From an uncultured Fibrobacterota bacterium (lineage in GTDB: Bacteria > Fibrobacterota > OXYB2-FULL-49-7 > JAEUSG01): 32,000 bases of DNA. The notes under the pieces were generated by a model, which was not told the DNA's origin, made no database searches, and was given only the letters and a program-made list of their open reading frames with translations. Each line of letters opens with the position of its first letter. The first letter of the stretch is position 1. Position numbers and translations under genes: made by a program. Positions 26,081 to 32,000 of the stretch are shown piece after piece. The DNA lies in NCBI GenBank assembly GCA_963831235.1, contig CAWHPS010000038.1:75104-107103 (forward strand), read 5' to 3'.

Positions 26081-26424
26081 GACAAGGCGATGTTTTTTGG
26101 TATGACTTTGGAGAACCTCGAGTTTCCGAACCTGGTTACCGCCACCCGGTTGTAGTTGTACAAAACAATATTTTCAATAAAAGCCACATCCACACAACAG
26201 TAGTATGTGCAATAACTTCAAATGTCAGTCTCGCTGCTGCTCCTGGTAATGTTTTTATCCGCAAAGGTGAGGCTAATCTTCCAAAATCCTGCGTAATAAA
26301 CATCTCTCAAATTGAAACCATTAATAAAACTGAGCTTTCGGAAAAAATAGGCACATTATCAAAAGCTCGATTATTTGAAGTCATTTCCGGTCTTAAATTA
26401 TTAACAGAACCTCGAGATATATAG
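26071..26424 (+). CDS. mazF: MazF/PemK-family endoribonuclease toxin
   Basis: IRQGDVFWYDFGEPRVSEPGYRHPVVVVQNNIFN...VVCAITSN...SCVINISQIETINKTELSEKIGTLS follows the PemK/MazF pattern. At 117 aa, the size fits. Confidence 0.85.
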   Translation: MEIRQGDVFWYDFGEPRVSEPGYRHPVVVVQNNIFNKSHIHTTVVCAITSNVSLAAAPGNVFIRKGEANLPKSCVINISQIETINKTELSEKIGTLSKARLFEVISGLKLLTEPRDI

Positions 26425-26466
26425 CTGGTTACTGAACACATCAACCAATTCGCAGAAAATAACCTT

Positions 26467-26509
26467 TGCCATGATTCTTGGCATTTTTGTTGCCAACTTT
26501 CCTGGCAAC
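26467..26509 (+). terminator. Two small hairpins downstream of the toxin gene; the first is a weak intrinsic terminator
   Basis: tgcca-tgattct-tggca (26467-26483) is followed by tttttg. gttgcca-actttcc-tggcaac follows at 26489-26509. Confidence 0.35.
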
Positions 26510-26663
26510 ACTGTCCTTTAAAAGACCCATTAAGCCTTTATAATCCTTTATAACATCCATTGTTTCATACTATTACAAGGCTTTTTACATAAACGGTACA
26601 ACCCTTGCAGTTATCATTGTGATGAGGAAAATGTCCTTTAACCCCAATTCCAAGGAGGCCTTT

Positions 26664-29285
26664 ATGTTTTATCTGATTCAACTGCTGATTGCTCTAAGTG
26701 CGGCAGTGCTCTTTGCTCAATCCGAAACACCCTGGCTTGATCCGGCGACATATATGCCAAAAGCAATGGACTGCATTGCAACAGATGCCATGATTGCGGA
26801 TTATTCAGATTATTGCCACGGTAAAAAGACATATACTGTCCGTCAAACCAACAATGGTTCGGACCCGGTAATAGACGGTATTCTTGAGGACAGCATTTGG
26901 TATTATGCTGATACTCTTCTTATTAATTCATGGGCGGATGCTGGTACGCAAGCATGTGGAGACAATCCGAGATTCAAAGGGCCTCAGGATCTGCATGCAA
27001 TCTGGCGTTTCTGTTATAATCAAAATGCATTTTACCTAAGTTGCGAAACGCACGACGATATTTGGGATGTTGACAGCCTTAAAGGCTGGAATGCGCAGGA
27101 CGGAGTTGAACTTGCAATAGATCCATGGGATTGGGGCTATTCCCTGGGCTCTACCATTCCAACCGGTGGTTGGCCAAAGGAGGATTTCCGCCGTTACTGG
27201 TCCAATAACGCCACCATCATTCCCTATCCAGGTGATGCCCAAATGTGCCTTTTACATCTATTCAAGCGTGCCAACACAGAGCAATTTCTGGCCGGATTTA
27301 TACGTGGCACACTTCTTAACAACTACAACCGTGGCGATGAAGGAATAAATTTTACACATGGTCATTCCAATCTTTATGGCCTCGAGTTCGCAGCTCAAAA
27401 ACGCGGGACAGACGAGTGGGGCCGGACGGTTTTTCACTATGAATTCAAGTTTCCTTATACAACGGATTTATGGAAAGAGCTTAAAGGCACTGGTTTCTAC
27501 AATGAAAATAAAATGCCTCAAGGCGGTCAGATGTTCAAGATGAATTTCGCCAACAATGATGATGATGCTCCGGGTCCTGATGGTGTTAATGGTAACACAT
27601 CCTTTCTTATACGCTCAAGGAATTTCAAGAACCAGGATGATCCGTTTGTGAATTATGATGCTCACTGGTCAGATACCCGTTACATGATGACGTTCAAATA
27701 CGGCGGACAGCCTGCTGAAAACATTCATCCCTGGCCAAGGAGTGATATAACGGTGGTTGAACATGGGCATCGCAGTATCTTTGCAACATGGGTAGATGCA
27801 GCCACGGAAACAACCCCTTATGAATTCACCGAAGCCGGAACAAGCATAATTGACAATATTACATATTTCTATGATTCATTAGCAGGGAATGCAAGCCATG
27901 GTCAAATCACGAATGTTAAAGGTGGTGCGGTGATTGGAACCTATAGGGTTGCTCGGCCCAATCTAGAATTTAATTTGAGCGATACTCTTATACTTACAAT
28001 GGGTGGCACAACTTACACACTTTTACGAAGAATCAATACAGGGTGGGATCAATTGGAAAAACGCTGGGTAGAGGCACGTATGATATCAACACTTAATGCC
28101 AAATGCAGTACCTTCGACACAACATGGGTCCCGATAAGCGGTGCGAAAGAATATCGCTTTTGTCCACTATCAAAAATCGATAAAGCCAAAGTAACGGATC
28201 CGGAGTATCAGAATTGTACTGATTCGGTCAGAATCTATGACTATGAAAAAGATTCACTTTTATACTCATATTCATATACTCCTACACAAGCAATCGTAGG
28301 TCGTGAAAGAGCTGTCTTTTCAATGAATATAAAAAAGCTTGTTCATGAGTCAGACCCTTCACATCCAAGAGACCCTTACAACCTGATAATCACTTATGAG
28401 AAAGATAATCGAGTTGAAACCCTTTTTGAAATCCAGACATTTCCTACTAATAAATTTAATGCCACTGCAAAAGGGGATCTTGGACGCCTGCAACCTATTT
28501 TCGCAAAGAATGCCTCGGATTCTATCACTAAACTGCTGGTACTGGATAAGTTTGCCGGCAATATCATGTTCTTTCCTGATACGGCTGCTGCAACCCAGGC
28601 TGCTACAAGGGTGTATGGAACATTTTACAAGGACGGGATGGTGCTGTTAACTGATAATTCAAGAAGTAACTTCTGGACAAAGCTATGTAATAGCAAGATC
28701 ATCCTAGATACGAATTACTTGGCAGGCTATGATCCATTAACGCCCGGTTCAGGTACCGTGGTTCCAAAGAGTCCCGATAATATGGTTACACCTGACAGCT
28801 CATGGATTCAAACAGTTACAACAATTGTCCTTAATGCAAAAGCAGGTGTGTATGATACATTCATGATAAAAGACACGTCACAAATAAGCTATTGGGATTA
28901 CAAATTAAACATACCTTTGGATCTTTACAACACCATTGACACCATGACATGTCCTTGGAATAGTATTGAACAGGCTGCTGCAACAGAAGACATAAAGGTT
29001 GTCACAGTCGATAATTATCCCAATCCATTCAACCCATCAACAACCCTTCGTTTTGCAATACCACCGCAAAAAGCTGATGAGCGGTATGCACTCCATATTT
29101 ATAATATCAAGGGTCAGCTTGTACGCATACTTGAAAAGGGTGTGGTTGGGAATAGAGGTCTCATCCGCAAAGTCTTATGGGATGGCACTGACAATCTCGG
29201 CATGGCTGTTGGTGCAGGTATATATTATTACAGACTGAATGTTGGAACAAAAGTAAGAAAAGGCTGTATGGTATTTGTAAAGTAG
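26664..29285 (+). CDS. Large T9SS cargo protein with N-terminal CBM9-like (carbohydrate-binding family 9-like) domain
   Basis: The ATG at 26664 sits 6 nt after AAGGAGG and begins a signal peptide (MFYLIQLLIALSAAVLFAQ). The GTG at 26619 in the ORF track adds 15 residues with no signal character. PVIDGILEDSIWYYA...LHAIWRFCYNQNAFYLSCETHDD...DGVELAIDPW fits the CBM9-like pattern. The sorting tail is DNYPNPFNPSTTLRFAIP...LHIYNIKGQLV...GIYYYRLNVG...MVFVK. Confidence 0.75.
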   Translation: MFYLIQLLIALSAAVLFAQSETPWLDPATYMPKAMDCIATDAMIADYSDYCHGKKTYTVRQTNNGSDPVIDGILEDSIWYYADTLLINSWADAGTQACGDNPRFKGPQDLHAIWRFCYNQNAFYLSCETHDDIWDVDSLKGWNAQDGVELAIDPWDWGYSLGSTIPTGGWPKEDFRRYWSNNATIIPYPGDAQMCLLHLFKRANTEQFLAGFIRGTLLNNYNRGDEGINFTHGHSNLYGLEFAAQKRGTDEWGRTVFHYEFKFPYTTDLWKELKGTGFYNENKMPQGGQMFKMNFANNDDDAPGPDGVNGNTSFLIRSRNFKNQDDPFVNYDAHWSDTRYMMTFKYGGQPAENIHPWPRSDITVVEHGHRSIFATWVDAATETTPYEFTEAGTSIIDNITYFYDSLAGNASHGQITNVKGGAVIGTYRVARPNLEFNLSDTLILTMGGTTYTLLRRINTGWDQLEKRWVEARMISTLNAKCSTFDTTWVPISGAKEYRFCPLSKIDKAKVTDPEYQNCTDSVRIYDYEKDSLLYSYSYTPTQAIVGRERAVFSMNIKKLVHESDPSHPRDPYNLIITYEKDNRVETLFEIQTFPTNKFNATAKGDLGRLQPIFAKNASDSITKLLVLDKFAGNIMFFPDTAAATQAATRVYGTFYKDGMVLLTDNSRSNFWTKLCNSKIILDTNYLAGYDPLTPGSGTVVPKSPDNMVTPDSSWIQTVTTIVLNAKAGVYDTFMIKDTSQISYWDYKLNIPLDLYNTIDTMTCPWNSIEQAAATEDIKVVTVDNYPNPFNPSTTLRFAIPPQKADERYALHIYNIKGQLVRILEKGVVGNRGLIRKVLWDGTDNLGMAVGAGIYYYRLNVGTKVRKGCMVFVK

Positions 29286-29313
29286 TTTTTACTGTCCTTT
29301 AGCGTCAGCTTCA

Positions 29314-29353
29314 AAATCCCATTTCCCCTTAAAGGGAAATGGGATTTATTTTT
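29314..29353 (+). terminator. Rho-independent terminator after the CBM9-like cargo gene
   Basis: The 14-bp stem aaatcccatttccc (29314-29327) / gggaaatgggattt (29334-29347) has a 6-nt loop and is followed by atttttgg. Confidence 0.8.
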
Positions 29354-29416
29354 GGCGCGTCGCGTGTTTTAGTGGGTACGCACAACCAATTGTATTTAAG
29401 AAGCTTAACACAATGG

Positions 29417-29564
29417 AAACCCATCCCCCCAACCCCCTTCCCTTTTTCTTAAGGGAAAAATGGAAGGGGGAGTAAAGATTAAAAACAAATATGGATATTT
29501 TTTTACATCTTTCAGAACCCTTCCCTTTTTCCCCCAAGAAAAAGGGAAGGGCAGGGATGGGTTT
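29417..29564. repeat. 148-bp composite palindromic element: 11-bp outer stem enclosing two related C/T-G/A hairpins
   Basis: The outer stem is aaacccatccc (29417-29427) / gggatgggttt (29554-29564). Hairpin 1 spans 29433-29470 (cccccttccctttttc / gaaaaatggaaggggg, 15/16). Hairpin 2 spans 29518-29551 (cccttcccttttt / aaaaagggaaggg, 13/13). Both share the CCCTTCCCTTTTT arm. Confidence 0.75.
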
Positions 29565-29702
29565 GGTAATTTGATAAATGGTTTTATCCAACATATAGTA
29601 GGTATCCATGAAAAAGCACGATGCCCCTCATTTTTTAGTACCAGCCTTGAATTCACTTCATCTATAGGAGTATTTTTCCATCTGTTTTTTAAGAAGGCCT
29701 TT

Positions 29703-30368
29703 ATGGAAAAAACTTTGATAATAATACCTGCTTATAATTGCGCTTCAGTATTGACCGGATTAATAAATAGAATAAAAGCCCAAACGGATTGTGATATCCT
29801 GATAGTTGATGATGGGTCAAAAGATAATACACAGGAAATTCTTTCATCATTGCAGGTATTGGCATGCCGACATGAAGGAAATTTGGGTAAAGGCGCTGCG
29901 CTTCAAACAGGGTTTGATTTTGCGAGAGAAAAGGCATATATCAATGTTATAACCATGGATGCGGATGGACAGCACGACCCCGATGACCTTGGGATTTTTT
30001 TCAAGTACGATGCTGATATGGTGCTTGGAAAACGCACCTTTAGGCTCGGTATAATGCCTGTTGCAAGAATCATGTCCAATATCATGACAAGTTTAATCCT
30101 GTCCATCATTACAGGCAAAAAGGTGAGCGACAGCCAATGCGGATATCGTAAAATAAGGCTTGCGAATCTTAATTCATTTCATCCTCGTTTTAGCGGGTTC
30201 CAGTATGAGACGGAAATTCTTCTTCATATTTTAAAACGCAGAAAAGGTTCGGTTGTGAATGTTCCGATTAAAACCATTTATAAGGATGAAAAAAGCAATA
30301 TCCGCCATTTTCATGATACGTTTCAATTCATTGCCGTTGTATGGAGATACCTATGGATTTCCGGATAG
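29703..30368 (+). CDS. Family 2 glycosyltransferase (polyprenyl-phosphate glycosyltransferase-like)
   Basis: LIIIPAYNCASVL, DILIVDDGSKDNT, NLGKGAALQTGF and ITMDADGQHDPDD form the GT-A / DxD pattern. The ATG at 29703 is preferred. The 81 codons upstream in the ORF track run through the low-complexity hairpin element. Confidence 0.85.
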   Translation: MEKTLIIIPAYNCASVLTGLINRIKAQTDCDILIVDDGSKDNTQEILSSLQVLACRHEGNLGKGAALQTGFDFAREKAYINVITMDADGQHDPDDLGIFFKYDADMVLGKRTFRLGIMPVARIMSNIMTSLILSIITGKKVSDSQCGYRKIRLANLNSFHPRFSGFQYETEILLHILKRRKGSVVNVPIKTIYKDEKSNIRHFHDTFQFIAVVWRYLWISG

Positions 30369-31000
30369 CACGCCAGAACATGGTCAGAAGCCAGATAACA
30401 GGGCGTGGTATAAGAGACACTCGTATTATTGCAGCGCTTATTGAGGTTCCACGCCATCTTTTTGTTGATCCTGGAATGCAATCCTCGGCATATTCGGATA
30501 ATGCACTGCCAATTTATCAGGGGCAGACTATTTCCCAGCCGTATATGGTTGCAATTATGACGGAACAGCTTGATGTTAAAACATCCGATAAAATACTTGA
30601 AATAGGCACGGGTTCGGGTTATCAGGCGGCAATTCTGTCCAGATTATCAAAGCAGGTGTATTCAATCGAACGTCATCCGGAACTTGCAGAGAGGGCACTG
30701 AAAAATCTTGCAGCAGCCGGCATAGAGAACGTAAAGATATTCTGCGGTGATGGAACACTCGGATGGCCTGAAGAGGCCCCGTTTGACAAAATAATAATTA
30801 CAGCCGGGGCGCCTTCAATACCGCAGACTCTTATGGATCAACTCTCAGAAGGTGGCAGAATGGTCATTCCGGTGGGTAACAGGCATATTCAATCACTCCA
30901 GGTTGTTGACAAAATAAACAACAAACCGGAAGTCAGGCAAAGCATTGATTGCGTTTTTGTGCCACTAGTGGGCAAACAAGGTTGGAGTGATGTCACCTGA
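30341..31000 (+). CDS. pcm: Protein-L-isoaspartate O-methyltransferase
   Basis: VPRHLFV, TISQPYMVAIMTEQL, ILEIGTGSGYQAAILS, VYSIERHPELA and GDGTLGWPEEAPFDKIIITAGAPSIPQTLMDQLSEGGRMVIPVG are all present. The start is ambiguous between 30341, 30353 and 30380. The first two overlap the GT2 stop. Confidence 0.9.
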   Translation: MEIPMDFRIARQNMVRSQITGRGIRDTRIIAALIEVPRHLFVDPGMQSSAYSDNALPIYQGQTISQPYMVAIMTEQLDVKTSDKILEIGTGSGYQAAILSRLSKQVYSIERHPELAERALKNLAAAGIENVKIFCGDGTLGWPEEAPFDKIIITAGAPSIPQTLMDQLSEGGRMVIPVGNRHIQSLQVVDKINNKPEVRQSIDCVFVPLVGKQGWSDVT

Positions 31001-31784
31001 CATGAAGAACGTTTATGTGCATTTCTTCTTCAAAACGCTGCCTGTATTTGAGCGGGCTGTATAGGTTGAAATCCACGTTCTTCAGGAATTCCCAGGGTCC
31101 GGTATTGCGGATATTATCCACAAGCGACTGAATCTGTTCTTGTGATTTGTATTTCAGGATGGCCTCAAGTTTTTTCTCGAAGAGTGCCTCTGGCGCGCGT
31201 ATGCGCACATTGGGAGGAGAGGAAAAATCACAATACACAGCCACTTCATGTATGTATGGGGTTTTCAGCAGCGCAGGCCCTAATTCAGGCCAGACATTTC
31301 CTATGGAGTGAAAAACACTTATCATGAATTCATTATATGTGATTTTGTGATCAGGGTGAAGGTCATTTTGTGTGGGCAGGAAGCATTGGGTTGGTTTTAT
31401 CCTGCGAAGGGCGAGCGTGAAGGCATTCTGAAGACCTGTAAATCCATGGTAGATCAGGTGGGCCGGATCGTATGAGTAAACACCACGCCTTCCAAGATAA
31501 CTTGTAAGGCTGTTATCCGGAAAATTCAGGAATAGTACATATTCCTTTGGAACGCCCAATTGCTCGTAGCATTCGAGGGTCTCTGCCTTGCGTATTTGCG
31601 AAATGGTCGCCTTGTCTTCCTCTTTGCAGTAACCTTGACTTCCGTCCGTAACAATCATGACATAAACAGGGATTCCTTCGGCCCTGGCATGCTGTATGAA
31701 TAATCCCGCGCCGAGGGCCACATCATCATCATGTGGACTTACGAAAAGAAAGCATTCGCGATCCTTGTCAAAATGGCGCGACAC
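30993..31784 (-). CDS. PIG-L / LmbE-family N-acetylglucosaminyl deacetylase
   Basis: FLFVSPHDDDVALGAG is a variant of the PHPDD motif. VMIVTDGSQG and DLHPDHKITY (HPDH) are also present. The GTG start at 31784 is the only start codon after the in-frame stop at 31824-31826. The 3' end overlaps pcm convergently by 8 bp. Confidence 0.8.
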   Translation of the reverse strand: MSRHFDKDRECFLFVSPHDDDVALGAGLFIQHARAEGIPVYVMIVTDGSQGYCKEEDKATISQIRKAETLECYEQLGVPKEYVLFLNFPDNSLTSYLGRRGVYSYDPAHLIYHGFTGLQNAFTLALRRIKPTQCFLPTQNDLHPDHKITYNEFMISVFHSIGNVWPELGPALLKTPYIHEVAVYCDFSSPPNVRIRAPEALFEKKLEAILKYKSQEQIQSLVDNIRNTGPWEFLKNVDFNLYSPLKYRQRFEEEMHINVLHVR

Positions 31785-31886
31785 GCTTTTAAGCGAAGGA
31801 CCGAACGCGTCTTTCCTCGCCGATTAGCCTTATGAATTCAAATTCGTTTACCATTGGATATTCCTTCATAATTAAATTGCATCGGA

Positions 31887-32000
31887 TTAAAGCATCTCAG
31901 CAATCTGGATTGCATTAAGTGCTGCGCCTTTTCTAATTTGATCCCCCACACAGAAAAGATCAAGAGTTCTTTCCCGTGACTGGTCGCGGCGAAGGCGCCC
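31887..32000 (-). CDS. asd: Aspartate-semialdehyde dehydrogenase, 3'-terminal 37 codons (gene continues beyond the window)
   Basis: This is not in the ORF track. My translation of the reverse complement of 31887-32000 gives [37 protein letters not shown]. This matches the conserved Asd C-terminus (R.R.D....L.L..V.DN.RKGAA.NAVQIAE.L). Confidence 0.7.
   Translation of the reverse strand, partial: GRLRRDQSRERTLDLFCVGDQIRKGAALNAIQIAEML

Noticed and set aside
29346-29702. Minus-strand ORFs 29346-29609 and 29405-29656, and the 81-codon N-terminal extension of the GT2 ORF (29460-29702).
   Set aside because: All are read-through of the polypurine/polypyrimidine hairpin element (G/K/P/F-rich peptides). 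The GT2 homology begins at the ATG at 29703.
1-32000. Scan for CRISPR arrays, rRNA/tRNA genes, transposases, integrases, phage genes and reverse transcriptases.
   Set aside because: I saw no regularly spaced direct repeats, no cloverleaf or T-loop candidates, and no recombinase or RT motifs in any ORF. Absence by eye is not proof, so tRNAscan-SE, Infernal and ISEScan would settle it.

Overview
This 32-kb window comes from an AT-rich Gram-negative bacterium that exports proteins through a type IX secretion system (T9SS). Six ORFs end in a FlgD-Ig / NYPNPFNPST-type C-terminal sorting domain. My guess is an uncultivated FCB-group lineage, but I cannot place it from sequence alone. All calls below come from reading motifs by eye; no searches were run.

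Left part (1 to about 12.9 kb; hand-counted 60-nt lines give about 42-52% GC) is envelope and housekeeping: a 5'-truncated surface protein, YbgF-like and BamD lipoproteins, nadD, a His-rich CDF metal exporter, a TM/Pro-rich plus DUF4159-like gene pair, and a PEGA protein. It ends with an ECF sigma / FecR-type anti-sigma / FN3-LamG lipoprotein triad joined by ATGA start-stop overlaps.

Middle part (about 12.9-26.4 kb; most sampled lines about 25-38% GC) looks like an accessory island. It holds LamG (concanavalin-like) T9SS cargo genes with internal tandem LamG duplications, a small methyltransferase and two orphan T9SS cargo genes. It also holds a minus-strand GT9 / SAM-methyltransferase / B12-radical-SAM operon and an RHH-MazF toxin-antitoxin pair at the right edge.

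Right part holds a CBM9-like T9SS cargo of about 870 aa, a GT2 glycosyltransferase, pcm, a PIG-L deacetylase, and the 3' end of asd (absent from the ORF track).

I recognised no rRNA, tRNA, CRISPR array, transposase, integrase or phage gene. Apart from MazEF, nothing matches a named defence or mobile system.

The best candidates for something undescribed are:
1. The sigma/anti-sigma/LamG-lipoprotein module, which lacks a TonB-dependent transducer and is followed by LamG cargo genes.
2. GC-rich nested palindromic elements at 5673-5831, in frame at 9971-10085, and at 29417-29564, plus related purine-rich intergenic elements behind two cargo genes.
3. The GT9/methyltransferase/B12-rSAM operon.

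None of these is proven.
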